Shown: one piece after another, positions 18,608 to 28,472 of the stretch
Layout of the letters: each line of letters opens with the position of its first letter
Numbering within the stretch: position 1 is the stretch's first letter
Assembly (NCBI GenBank): GCA_036746135.1
Contig: DAIOET010000002.1
Location: 1 to 47,366, forward strand
From: Cupriavidus sp.
GTDB lineage: Bacteria; Pseudomonadota; Gammaproteobacteria; Burkholderiales; Burkholderiaceae
Direction of reading: 5' to 3'
DNA length: 47,366 bases
Program-made: the position numbers and the translations under genes
The notes under the pieces: generated by a model
The model's input: only the letters and a program-made list of their open reading frames with translations
Databases searched by the model: none
What the model was told of the DNA's origin: nothing

Positions 18608-19780
18608 CTATTTGAATGCCGTGGCAGAGCTGATCACGGGCTGCGTGCTCGGCAGCAACTGGTTGATCACGCGGGCCCAGCGAACCACTTCGCGTGCATC
18701 CACATAAACCACGTCTTTCGGTTCCAGCTCGAAACCCTCGGCAATCGCCAGCGCCGCTGGATTGTTGCCGTTCAGGTGGAAGATGCTGGGTTCGCCATCG
18801 GCCGCCTTGCGAATCACGTAGATCTGCTCCGCGTTGGCCGAACTCGGATTGACCCCGCCGGCATCGCCAAGTGCCTCGTTCAGCGTCATCCGTCCATTAC
18901 GCATGAGCAGGGAGGCCGGGCGAACCACTTCGCCAGTGACAAAGATCTTGTTGTCCTCGCGCTGTTCCACGCGGACGATGTCGCCAGAGCGCAGCAGAAT
19001 GCGGGATGGGTCGACGCCCTTGGCGAGCAGCGCGGGAATGTTGACGTACCAGCTACGCTCACCACGGGTAACGCGGATGCGGCTGTTGTCACCGGTCAGG
19101 TTCAGCACGCCGCCGGCGCGATTGAGCGCTTCCACCAGCGTCATGGGCGCGTCGTCGATGGCCTGCATGCCAGGCGTCTTGACCTCGCCGTCCACGTAGA
19201 CGCGCTGGCTACGAAAGCCGAGCACCCGCACCGTCATCTGAGGATTCCTGACCACACGCGACAGAACACGTGCCATCTGGTCGCGAACTTCGTTTGCGGT
19301 CTTCCCGCCAACCTTCATGACGCCGGCGTAGGGGAATTGCACATCGCCCTGTGCGCTGACCACATAGCCCGGCACGTTGGAGCCGCCGCTGGACGTCGGC
19401 ATTTCAAAGGCGGCGCCGATGCTGTAGGTCTGCGTCGGGAACACCAGTTCCGGGTGATCCCACACCACGACCGAGATGATGTCGCCAGGGCCGATCAGAT
19501 AAGGCGTCGGCGTGGCGAACAGTTCATCGACCCGTTCGTTGTCCGTACGCGCCTTGCTGCGTTGGGCTTTCACCAGGTCGAGAGTGATCGGTGTCACCGT
19601 GGGTACGACATCCGGACCGATTGCGCTCACCACTGCCTTGTTGTCGAAGTACATGCCCGGCGATGCCGAGCAGGCGGCAAGCAGACCGGCGGCGATGAGG
19701 ATCGACGCGCTGGAAGCGATACGGTGGCGATAGGCAGCAAGGATGATCCCGAAATGCATGCCCCAATTGACTGGTCTCAC
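18608..19780 (-). CDS. wza: Outer-membrane polysaccharide export lipoprotein Wza (EpsA-like)
   Basis: Lipobox LAAC, YLIGPGDIISVVVWDHPEL, PYAG and SLBB repeats. AAGGAG at 19787-19792 supports GTG 19780. Confidence 0.93.
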   Translation of the reverse strand: MRPVNWGMHFGIILAAYRHRIASSASILIAAGLLAACSASPGMYFDNKAVVSAIGPDVVPTVTPITLDLVKAQRSKARTDNERVDELFATPTPYLIGPGDIISVVVWDHPELVFPTQTYSIGAAFEMPTSSGGSNVPGYVVSAQGDVQFPYAGVMKVGGKTANEVRDQMARVLSRVVRNPQMTVRVLGFRSQRVYVDGEVKTPGMQAIDDAPMTLVEALNRAGGVLNLTGDNSRIRVTRGERSWYVNIPALLAKGVDPSRILLRSGDIVRVEQREDNKIFVTGEVVRPASLLMRNGRMTLNEALGDAGGVNPSSANAEQIYVIRKAADGEPSIFHLNGNNPAALAIAEGFELEPKDVVYVDAREVVRWARVINQLLPSTQPVISSATAFK

Positions 19781-19870
19781 GGTGGTCTCCTTACTGAAAG
19801 CTGTGGGCATCGCACCGCATACGGCATGCCCCCGATGGCACTCATCGTAGGAGGGGCGGTGCCATGATTC

Positions 19871-19886
19871 GGTGCGTTGTCGCACG
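19871..19886. promoter_or_regulatory. Palindrome GGTGCG-TTGT-CGCACG upstream of wza
   Basis: Perfect GTGCG-N4-CGCAC dyad about 90 bp upstream of the wza start. Confidence 0.55.
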
Positions 19887-20004
19887 TTGAGTGCTCGGCT
19901 CTGGAAGCGGTGCTGCCGCGAGCAGCGGGCGTCGCCGGGTGGGCGCCGCCGTTCGCTGTGTCTCGCTCTCGCGGCAAGGGTGAAAAGGGCCGGTGCCGGT
20001 CCCT

Positions 20005-21297
20005 TCAACCCTTGTGCAATGCACCGAGCCTCGATATCAACCCGGTCATGCGGCCGGGTTTGGTCTGAGCGCTGCATGCCTCGTCCAGCACTCCTGCCAG
20101 GCGCTGTGCCAGCAGCTCGAAGCTGTGGTTGCGCTCGACATACTCGCGGCCGGCCCGTCCCATGCGCAGACGCGCTTCGAGCGGCGCCGCGGCGATGCTG
20201 ATGATGGCGTCGGCCAGCGCCTCGGGACGCTCCGCGGCCACCGTCAATCCCGCCGTCGAGTCGGCGACCGGATTGTTGGAGGCATTGGAAGCCATGACGA
20301 TGGGCCGGCCCGCCGCCAGGTAGTCAAACAGCTTGTTCATGCTGATGCCGTACCGGTAAAGCTGTGGCAGGTCACGCACGGCGATGACAAAGGCATCCGC
20401 TTCCATTGCGACCGTCGGAATGCGGGTTTTCGGCACGGGCGCCTCAAAGATGACATTGCTCAGGCCGAGTTGCTGTGCCTGCGCCATCAACGCAGGCTTG
20501 AGCCCGCCATCTCCGACCATGCGCAGAATGATGTGCTGCCCCTCTGGCCGCTGCTGCACGAGCTTCATCGCCTGCAGCACATTGTCCAGGCCGTTGGCCT
20601 GCCCGTGGGCGCCGAAATACATCAGCGTGAAAGGCTCCGACGGGGGCACGGTGCGTGCAGGCGTGGGCGGTGGGAATAGCGACAGGTCCACACCGTTGGG
20701 TATCCAGGTAATGTGTTCTTTCGGAATGCCCAGTGGTGCGATGTACTCCCACGCCTGCGGCAGCAGAACGACGATGCGCGTGGCACGCCGATACAGCCAA
20801 TGCTCCAGCTTGCGCAGCGCCCACGTCACGAAATCCCCCTCGCGCAGGCGACCCATGTCGACCAGCGTCTGCGGCCACAGGTCACGCACCTCGAACACGA
20901 ACGGAACCTTGAAGCGGTGCGCCAGCAGGGCGCCCGCCGCCGCGGCAAAGGGATGCACGCTGGAGCCGATCACCACGTCGGGACGTGGCAGGCCGCGCGT
21001 GGTCCGTCGCAGCAAGGCGCGCCAGCTATAGGCCAGCATGTTGAGCATGCGGCCGGCGCCATTGCCTTCGTATGTGGGCGTACGTACCCAGAGGAAAGGA
21101 ACTTCTCGACTACTGTCAAGGTGCGACAGCTTGCCGGTTACCTGCTGCCGTTCTCGCGTGCCGACCGTGTTGGCCGCGATAACGGTTGCCTGCCAGCCGG
21201 ATGAGCTCAGGTGCTCCGCCAGGTGGAAGTGTCTCGTGCCGCCGGGACCGCTGCCGGGCTCCTGGGCATAGTGGTTGAGAATCCAGACGTTCTTCAT
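20005..21297 (-). CDS. GT4 glycosyltransferase (WbuB-like)
   Basis: NHYA...GGTR, FEVRDLWP, IPNGVD, YFGAHGQANGL and NKLFDYLAAGRP. Confidence 0.92.
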   Translation of the reverse strand: MKNVWILNHYAQEPGSGPGGTRHFHLAEHLSSSGWQATVIAANTVGTRERQQVTGKLSHLDSSREVPFLWVRTPTYEGNGAGRMLNMLAYSWRALLRRTTRGLPRPDVVIGSSVHPFAAAAGALLAHRFKVPFVFEVRDLWPQTLVDMGRLREGDFVTWALRKLEHWLYRRATRIVVLLPQAWEYIAPLGIPKEHITWIPNGVDLSLFPPPTPARTVPPSEPFTLMYFGAHGQANGLDNVLQAMKLVQQRPEGQHIILRMVGDGGLKPALMAQAQQLGLSNVIFEAPVPKTRIPTVAMEADAFVIAVRDLPQLYRYGISMNKLFDYLAAGRPIVMASNASNNPVADSTAGLTVAAERPEALADAIISIAAAPLEARLRMGRAGREYVERNHSFELLAQRLAGVLDEACSAQTKPGRMTGLISRLGALHKG

Positions 21298-21760
21298 GGA
21301 AGGACAGGTTCGTTGGATGCTGGCGCGCATGTCGTCGGCGGATTTCGCCCCGGCGTATCACCAGAGCAGACGCGGGCCTGACAAAAGCGGGTCCTGCCGC
21401 GACCGCATGTGGACGCGCTGGGGCATGGTCGGAATCGGATGACGAAAACACCTTGCCGTGATGGCAGCGTATTTATTCCATCCGTACGAATACATCTAAT
21501 CAGAGTCCGACGCCCCGTGGAAGCGCCCAATGTGGCCGAGACCACACTGCCCGGCGTACCCCGCCGCCTTGCGTTCGGTGCCACACCCAGCCCGATTGCG
21601 AGCACGATGGCGAGTCCCGATAATTTCTCCATCGGCGCCATCGGCCGAGGTTCGGCCACGCGGTTTCCGTTGTGCTGTCACCATGCCGTGCTCATGTGGT
21701 GGACCGCGGACGACATCAATCAGAGCGCTGGCACTTCACTCTGGAATTCCAATGAGGCAT

Positions 21761-23104
21761 ATGACTGAGGAAACCCTCTCCTGGCTGCAACGGATTCTCG
21801 CGGAGCGGTATGGCCATGATTTTCAGTTGCAAGGTACCGATGCGGGTTTTGTCCGCCTGACCCTTGCCGGTTCCGGCCAGGGATCGATTGAGATTGCAGC
21901 GGACCCCGTCACGTTCAGGCGCGCGGATTCGGCGCTCGCCTTCACAACCTGGGATGCGCTTGCCGAAGGCTGGCAGCCGGCGCTGCGTGGGCCGTTGCCG
22001 GCGCCGGGCCTCGCGCACGCGCCTTCGCCGCTGATCGAAGCGACGCCGGGTGGCTATCGAATCCACTATGACGTGCTGGGCCTCTGCTACTGGATGCTGT
22101 CGCGCCAGGAGGAAGTTGGCCGCACGGACCTCGATAACTTCGGGCGCTTTCCGGCCAGTGGCTCGCATGCCCACAAGCATGGCTATCTGGAGCGGCCGGT
22201 GGTGGACGAGTGGTTGCATATCCTTGGCCAGGTGATCAAGCGCCAGTGGCCGGAATTGCCGCTCAGGCAACTTCGGCCCAGCATGAAGGTGTCGCATGAC
22301 GTGGATGTGCCGAGTCGTTATGGCTTTGGCTCGGTGGCGCGAATGATCCGCCGCATGGCCGGCGACATTCTGATACGCCGTGACTTGCGAAGCGTGCTGC
22401 AGGCCCCGGTGATAAGGATGAAGACGCGCAACACGCTGCATCCGAGCGATCGGGTCAACACCTTTGACTGGATCATGGATGTTTCCGAGCGTCATGGGCT
22501 GGTCAGCGCTTTCTACTTCATCTGCGGCCGCACCGACGCCAGCAAGGATGCCGATTACGTGCCCGAGCATCCGGCGATCCGCGCATTGATGCAGCATATC
22601 CACGCTCGTGGTCATGAAATCGGCCTGCACCCGAGCTTCAATACCTATCAGAGTCCCCGCGCGGTGCAGGAGGAGGCAGACCGGCTACGGAAGGTATGCG
22701 AGCAAGAGCAGATCAGGCAGGAGGTATGGGGCGGACGTATGCACTATCTGCGCTGGGAGCACCCGACCACGATGCGCGGTTGGGAGCAAGCCGGCATGAC
22801 GTACGACAGCACGCTCAGCTATGCCGATCACGCAGGCTTTCGCTGCGGCACCTGCTTCGAATATCCGGCCTTCGATCCGGTCGCGGGCAAGGCGCTGAAC
22901 CTGCGCATTCGTCCGCTGATTGCGATGGAAGGCACGGTTATCGGCTACATGGGGCTGGGGATGGGCGAGGCCGCCTGGAGGAAGTTCCGCGATCTGAAGG
23001 ACACCTGCAATGCGGTGAATGGCTGCTTTACCGTGCTATGGCATAACTCGTCGCTCGGCAACGCCGATGAGCGCGAGCTGTATCAGAGGGTGGTGGCCCA
23101 CTGA
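21761..23104 (+). CDS. CE4-superfamily polysaccharide deacetylase with N-terminal extension domain
   Basis: SHDVD, HEIGLHPSF, GGRMHYLRW, YDSTL, GFRCGTC and LWHN motifs. GAGG RBS. Confidence 0.87.
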   Translation: MTEETLSWLQRILAERYGHDFQLQGTDAGFVRLTLAGSGQGSIEIAADPVTFRRADSALAFTTWDALAEGWQPALRGPLPAPGLAHAPSPLIEATPGGYRIHYDVLGLCYWMLSRQEEVGRTDLDNFGRFPASGSHAHKHGYLERPVVDEWLHILGQVIKRQWPELPLRQLRPSMKVSHDVDVPSRYGFGSVARMIRRMAGDILIRRDLRSVLQAPVIRMKTRNTLHPSDRVNTFDWIMDVSERHGLVSAFYFICGRTDASKDADYVPEHPAIRALMQHIHARGHEIGLHPSFNTYQSPRAVQEEADRLRKVCEQEQIRQEVWGGRMHYLRWEHPTTMRGWEQAGMTYDSTLSYADHAGFRCGTCFEYPAFDPVAGKALNLRIRPLIAMEGTVIGYMGLGMGEAAWRKFRDLKDTCNAVNGCFTVLWHNSSLGNADERELYQRVVAH

Positions 23105-23112
23105 CAAGACGG

Positions 23113-23141
23113 CGCGGCGGCGATTCAAGACCGCCGCCGCG
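23113..23141. terminator. GC-rich hairpin between convergent genes
   Basis: CGCGGCGGCG (23113-23122) pairs with CGCCGCCGCG (23132-23141); 9-nt loop. Confidence 0.5.
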
Positions 23142-23180
23142 AAGGCCGCGCCCGATGAGCGCTGCGACTGGCTTATCCGT

Positions 23181-24731
23181 TCAGCGCGTGCCGGCGCGGC
23201 GCACCAGCGACGGCCAGAACATCATCTCGGCAAGCATGCGCGAGCTGTCGCCGGGCGCCCTGGCAAAGTCGGAATAGTAGGTTGCGACGAATTCCCGGTC
23301 TTCCTTGCGCAACGACTGCGTAATGTCGAACAAGCGCACGCCCAGCGCATGCATGGCTGGCCATGCCGCATAGCCCCCGGTGGGGAAGGAGTCAGCCACG
23401 CCGAACGGTGGATAGCCCTCCGAGCAGCTTCCGGTACCGTTGTCGTAATTCACCCGATACCAGCCGTTGGCGCCACTGTAGTAGTTGGTGAACAACGGGC
23501 GGGCCTTACTCTGATTCCAGACATTAAGACTGAACTGACGCACGAAGGCAGCCATTGTCTCTTGCGACGGCAGACTCGCCGGGTCCAGGACGTAGATCTG
23601 GATCATCGCCGCACGATTGCGCTCGATGGCATCGAAGAAATGCACCAGTCGTCGTGCATGGCTGATGTCCCAGCCGATGTTGGCGACCGGCGCAAAGCGG
23701 TCGGCGGGGATAAGCGTCTGTGCCACCGTTTGCTTGGTGGTCGGATCGTACTTGCACACCACGGGTTTCTCGCGCCCGGTATAGGCGGCATACCGGTTTG
23801 TGTCATAGAGCCGCCAGAATCCCGCATCGAGATCGGCCACCTTGATGCTCCTGCCGGTCTTGCCATCCTGGCCGGGAAGCACCTGCACCGTGGTACGAGC
23901 CGCGACCAGGCGCAGCAACAACTCCAGGTGCGTTTTCATGGTGGCAAGATTGGCGTCATTCAGGCCCACCGTCTGTGCAAGCCGGGGCCGCGCCACCAAC
24001 ATGCCGGCCAGATCCGCGTACGCGGAAATCTGCCACAGCTCCTTGTCGGTCAGGAACATTGCCGACGAGGTATTTTTCACATCTTCCGGCCGGGCGGCGA
24101 TCTGCTTGCGCAGCATTTCCTGCGCGGCTGGCGTGTTCCAGCGCTCCAGGTGCTCGCGCACGATGCCTGCTGTCTGCTCGACGAAGTCGTTGGGCGCATC
24201 AGCCCGATTCGCGCGGCTCATGCCGTTGGCAAGGCTGCTCGCGAAGGCCAGGAACTGGGTGCTGTTGAGCATCACCTCCGTATCGCGCAGCCGTGCGGTG
24301 TGGCTGCATTCGGGACCGCCGCTGCATATCCACGCCCGCCCTGGCTGGTCACCGGGCGCGGGTTTGAGCTGTGTATAGGTGCTGGCAACCAGGCGGGCCA
24401 ACTGGGCCTGCCGGTCGCTGCGCTGGCAACGTTGAGCCATTGCCAGGAGGTTGTGAAAATTAATCTCTATGTCGTACAGCGCATAGGTGTCGCGTTGCTT
24501 CACGAGCCGATCCGCGATCAGCTGCTGTTGCACGAAGGCGTGCCCGCCCGCGTCCCAGCGGCGCCAGACCAAGTCTTCGACGGGGCCGCCACATTCCAGC
24601 GCGGCCGGCATCAAGGTGCTCTCCTGCGCTTGCGCCGCCGGCACGGTACAGGCCAGCAGCGCGGCCAGGCTACCGGCGCGCAGCAGCGCGCGAGCAAGAG
24701 GGCGACGGGCGCGTGCATGGTGCTTGCTCAT
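23181..24731 (-). CDS. Secreted hypothetical protein (516 aa)
   Basis: Basic N-region, hydrophobic core and AQA cleavage site; AAGGAG RBS; natural composition. No family recognised. Confidence 0.78.
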   Translation of the reverse strand: MSKHHARARRPLARALLRAGSLAALLACTVPAAQAQESTLMPAALECGGPVEDLVWRRWDAGGHAFVQQQLIADRLVKQRDTYALYDIEINFHNLLAMAQRCQRSDRQAQLARLVASTYTQLKPAPGDQPGRAWICSGGPECSHTARLRDTEVMLNSTQFLAFASSLANGMSRANRADAPNDFVEQTAGIVREHLERWNTPAAQEMLRKQIAARPEDVKNTSSAMFLTDKELWQISAYADLAGMLVARPRLAQTVGLNDANLATMKTHLELLLRLVAARTTVQVLPGQDGKTGRSIKVADLDAGFWRLYDTNRYAAYTGREKPVVCKYDPTTKQTVAQTLIPADRFAPVANIGWDISHARRLVHFFDAIERNRAAMIQIYVLDPASLPSQETMAAFVRQFSLNVWNQSKARPLFTNYYSGANGWYRVNYDNGTGSCSEGYPPFGVADSFPTGGYAAWPAMHALGVRLFDITQSLRKEDREFVATYYSDFARAPGDSSRMLAEMMFWPSLVRRAGTR

Positions 24732-24782
24732 TCCAGTATCTCCTTGTAAGAGCGAGGGCGCGTTGCCTTCCCGGCGGCATGG

Positions 24783-25736
24783 CTATCGGGATCGCATGAG
24801 CTGATATAGCGAGAGCGCCTTGGATGGTGTCTTCGTAATGAGGAAGTAAGGCTGCTGCCTGGCGCCGAATGCCCTGAAGAAGCGCTCGACCGGTTCCAGC
24901 ATCGACCCTTCGAAGTCGAACGTGCGCGACACACCCGAGGAAAAGCGGATCGCTTCCCACATGCACAGGCTTGCCGCGCCACTGGTGCGAAGCACCGGGT
25001 CCGAGCCTCCCATCAGGTAGTACGCGGCGCGCTCGTCCCAGACCAGATAGACGCCGGAATGACGACGGCCTTCCTTGTCCACGGCGATGAAGATCTTGCG
25101 CGCGCCGCGTTCCGCGCACGCGGCGTCAAGACGGCGCACGTAGTCTTCCGTGTAGGGTTGCGCCATGCTTTGCCGCGAGAAGACCTGCTGGTTCAGCTTG
25201 ATGAATTCGTCGATACCAAGGTCGTCGCGCACCTCAAGACCGTGGCGCGAGCCTGCCTTGCGGATCTCGGCTCTGATGTTGGGCTGCATACCGTTCCAGA
25301 GTGCTTCCGAGTCCGACAGATCGTCGAGCAGATAGGTGTACTTGGTGGTCTGACGGAATCCCTTCCAGGCAAACGGCAGCCAGTTGGTATGGTTGTAGTC
25401 CCACGCCTGCGCGAAATGATCGAACCTCGGCAGTTGTTCGATCAGGTTCGTCATCAGTTCCTTCTGCTGGCCCAGCACTCTCGCCGGCTTTGCATCCTCG
25501 CAAGCCAGCCACGGCCCCAATCCGTGTCCGGAGCGAGGTTGGGTAAGGATGACAAAGCCATACTTTGTCCTCTTGACATAGGGCATGGCAGCGATGACCT
25601 TTCCTCCGCGCTCCACCAGGGCCACGCTCCAGCGGTCAGCCCCAACCGTCGCGTCAAGCCACCAGGCCTGGCTGGACAGCGGGATTGAACGTTCGCTCTC
25701 GCAGAGCGCGCGGTATTTCCTTTGATTGATGTCCAT
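24783..25736 (-). CDS. FemAB-like GNAT-fold acyl/aminoacyltransferase, copy 1
   Basis: QAWWLDA, NWLPF.WKGF.QTT.YTY, AYYLMGG, WEAIRF and FDFEGSM.EPVERFFRAFGA. Confidence 0.85.
   Translation of the reverse strand: MDINQRKYRALCESERSIPLSSQAWWLDATVGADRWSVALVERGGKVIAAMPYVKRTKYGFVILTQPRSGHGLGPWLACEDAKPARVLGQQKELMTNLIEQLPRFDHFAQAWDYNHTNWLPFAWKGFRQTTKYTYLLDDLSDSEALWNGMQPNIRAEIRKAGSRHGLEVRDDLGIDEFIKLNQQVFSRQSMAQPYTEDYVRRLDAACAERGARKIFIAVDKEGRRHSGVYLVWDERAAYYLMGGSDPVLRTSGAASLCMWEAIRFSSGVSRTFDFEGSMLEPVERFFRAFGARQQPYFLITKTPSKALSLYQLMRSR
24851..25490. repeat. Direct repeat copy A (within GNAT 1) of 34439-35078
   Basis: High nucleotide identity at constant offset 9588, including perfect 62-bp (25159-25220 = 34747-34808) and 44-bp (24946-24989 = 34534-34577) tracts. 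Boundaries approximate. Confidence 0.85.
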
Positions 25737-25794
25737 ATGCCTCAATCATTGATGAATGACGGTTGTCGCTGTAAAGGAGACTGCTCGATGGCCT

Positions 25795-27027
25795 TCAGGG
25801 TCGCGCGGCTCCCTGACCTGCGTAGCGCGGTGCGGGACGCCTGCCCACCCGCGCGTGCGAGTGCGTGCGCAGTGCGCAGGCAATCGCGCCCCATGCCAAG
25901 GCGAAAATCGGATCGTTGACGGATTTGGCGGTGGCCGCCAGGGTCACGGTATAGACGCTGAATGCCAGCGCGATGGCAACCTCCGGGTCCGCTGCGTAGC
26001 CCTTCCTGGCCAGCTTGATGGATTGCACCAATGCATAGCCAAGCAGGTACACAAAGCCCAGAAAGCCCGCCAAGCCGTAGCTGACCCACGCGGAAAGCGC
26101 GTTGTGTGCGTAGCCCCCGCTCTCGCCGAGATCCAGCTGCGAAGCGTAGCCGCCGAGCAGCGGGTGTTCTGTGATGGTCCTGACGGCATACTGCTGCAAT
26201 TCGTTTCTGGCCTGATAAGAACTCGATTCCCTGATTTCCAGAATTTGCAGGATGCGGGAACTGCCTTCGAAGACGTGGAAGTTGACAGCCAGAATGGCGA
26301 GTGCGGCAATGCCCAGCGGAATCCAGACCAGCGTGGTCCGCGATGCGCCGTCCCGAAGCCCGAACAGCACCGCGGCCACGACGAGGAATGCAATGAATTC
26401 GCTTCTTGCCCCGAGCAGGAACAACAGCGGCACGGTAATCACCACCACCAGTGCGGCACGCAGTCCGCGATGCAATCCGAGCGCTACCAGCGCGACCACG
26501 ACGGCCGAACGGGCCAATCCCTGATAGCCGGATACCCGCACGGCATCACCGGCAATCTTCTCTGTATCGTAGAACTGACCATTCGAGTTCATCGCGGCGA
26601 CGGCCAGGAATATGGGCAGTGAAATGGCGATTGCCCAACGCAGCCACTTGTTGCTCAGATCGATATTCCTGACAGCCAGGTAGATGGCCAGCCACATGAA
26701 TACCGTGCTCACGTTATACATGTAGAAGTCGACGGACTCCTGCACGCCTGAACCAAGCAGATAGTGCAGCGTTGACCATGCGAGGACGAAGATCGAATAG
26801 AGAACGAAAGCCCGATCGATAAACAGCGTCGGCTCGCGCCCGCGTAGCAGTGGAGCGAAACCGAATACCACCATCGGGACGCCAAGCAGCACCGACATCG
26901 GGCCGAAGAAGCCGCCCAGCACCGGTGGAATGACGGCACTGGCCACCGCGCTGTGATAGTAGAAGTAGCCCGGAAAGAGCGTGAGGAAAACCAGGCTGCC
27001 AAAGAGTGAGAGCTTGCCGTGCTTCAT
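25795..27027 (-). CDS. Wzy-like polymerase / O-antigen ligase-family membrane protein
   Basis: About 10-11 TM segments, GARS motif, and a periplasmic loop ending HPLLGG...YAHN (Wzy_C-like). Confidence 0.75.
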   Translation of the reverse strand: MKHGKLSLFGSLVFLTLFPGYFYYHSAVASAVIPPVLGGFFGPMSVLLGVPMVVFGFAPLLRGREPTLFIDRAFVLYSIFVLAWSTLHYLLGSGVQESVDFYMYNVSTVFMWLAIYLAVRNIDLSNKWLRWAIAISLPIFLAVAAMNSNGQFYDTEKIAGDAVRVSGYQGLARSAVVVALVALGLHRGLRAALVVVITVPLLFLLGARSEFIAFLVVAAVLFGLRDGASRTTLVWIPLGIAALAILAVNFHVFEGSSRILQILEIRESSSYQARNELQQYAVRTITEHPLLGGYASQLDLGESGGYAHNALSAWVSYGLAGFLGFVYLLGYALVQSIKLARKGYAADPEVAIALAFSVYTVTLAATAKSVNDPIFALAWGAIACALRTHSHARVGRRPAPRYAGQGAARP

Positions 27028-27315
27028 GATTGCCCCGCCGCCTCCCTTTGGTCGTCAATGCGGGCAGAACTCCGGATCGTCGCCCCCTTGCAGTCGATCA
27101 GCCAGTGAAAGAGGCTGCCCTTGGCAAGCGGTGGATCTGCCCCTTCCGAATGCAAGGCTCCGCCACGGATATCCGCTTGCGCTCCATCCATCTAATCAAA
27201 CTTACTGTGACATTGATAGCGCGGTGCGTGAGCCAGCCCACACCCGACGATGTGCCGCCCGAACCCGACACCACTGCTCGGGCGAGACCACTGAAGCGGT
27301 GCGCCGCTCATGCGC

Positions 27316-28428
27316 TCACGCCAGCACCCGCTCGTAGAAATGAAGCAGCTTGTCCTGCTCGTTTGCCCAGTTGTACTTTCTGGTCACGGTGCGGCGTCCG
27401 TTCTCGCCCATCTGGCGCGCCGCGTCGGGGTGCGTCACCAGATAGTCGACGGCATCGGCGATGGCCTTTGGGTCTAGCGGGTCCACGCACAGGCCGCTGC
27501 CGCTTTCCTCGACGATTTCGCGCCAGAGTGGAAAGTTGGACGCAATGGGCGGAATCCCCGCCGCCATGTACTCGAACATCTTCACGGGCAAGGCATCGAG
27601 GAAATTGATGAGCGGGTGCAGCGTCACCAGGCCGGCCACCGACCGCGCCAGCACGCCGCGCACTCCGGCCCGGTCCAGGTACCCGAGTTCGTTCACGCGG
27701 GACCAGCCGCTGGCCGCTCTCACTTCCGACTCCAGTGCCTGGTCGCCGAAGCGGCCAGCCAGATTCAGTCGCGCCGGCGATTTCACCTGCTCCAGCGCCA
27801 TGACGGTCTCGCGGATACCGCGCGGTGAGCTGATGCCGCCGACGTAGCAGACTTCCGCTTGCTTGAATTCCCACTGAACTGGCCCGCCCAGCTCGCCGAG
27901 AATCGGGTAATTGTTGATGTCGATGGTGCGAGGATTGATCGACAGGAACTTGTCCCGGATAAAGGGCGTGGCCGCCACGATGCCGTCGAATTCGCGGCAG
28001 GAACGTCGCTCGTACATGGCAAAGGCGCCCGCCAGCGCGCGCAATCGTCTCGGCCCAAGGTAGGGTTTGCTGAGCAACTGCCGGGGCACATCCTCATGCG
28101 AATCGTAGATGACGCGCTTGCCCAGCTTCTTCAGCTTCAGGCCAACGGGAATCAGCTCGGGGTCGTGCAGATGGTAGACGTCGGCATTCAGCGCGATCGC
28201 CCGGCGCAGCACGCGCGTCGTGGTGCGGAACACGCGGTTCAGACGCCCAGCAGAGCCGCCGACATCGGTGATGAAAACGCCGTCCCGGCTTTCATCCCCA
28301 TCACCGTCGGCCACCACCAGCGACACCCGATAGCCGTTGGCCGCCAGGCTACGGCAGTGCTTGAGGAAGATGCGGTCATCGTAGCGCGGATGAACCGACG
28401 TGAGGTGGGCTACGCTAGGAACTTGCAC
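27316..28428 (-). CDS. GT4 glycosyltransferase
   Basis: [29 protein letters not shown] and [16 protein letters not shown] start with GGAG RBS. Confidence 0.92.
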   Translation of the reverse strand: MQVPSVAHLTSVHPRYDDRIFLKHCRSLAANGYRVSLVVADGDGDESRDGVFITDVGGSAGRLNRVFRTTTRVLRRAIALNADVYHLHDPELIPVGLKLKKLGKRVIYDSHEDVPRQLLSKPYLGPRRLRALAGAFAMYERRSCREFDGIVAATPFIRDKFLSINPRTIDINNYPILGELGGPVQWEFKQAEVCYVGGISSPRGIRETVMALEQVKSPARLNLAGRFGDQALESEVRAASGWSRVNELGYLDRAGVRGVLARSVAGLVTLHPLINFLDALPVKMFEYMAAGIPPIASNFPLWREIVEESGSGLCVDPLDPKAIADAVDYLVTHPDAARQMGENGRRTVTRKYNWANEQDKLLHFYERVLA

Positions 28429-28472
28429 TTGAAACTCCGTCTACAACGCCACGACGTGCATCGCGGCTACCG

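Noticed and set aside
18509..19867. 452-aa plus-strand ORF
   Set aside because: Antisense shadow of wza.
23019..24749. 576-aa plus-strand ORF competing with the secreted hypothetical protein
   Set aside because: The minus-strand ORF has a signal peptide, an RBS and natural composition; the plus ORF overlaps the deacetylase end and reads as a shadow.
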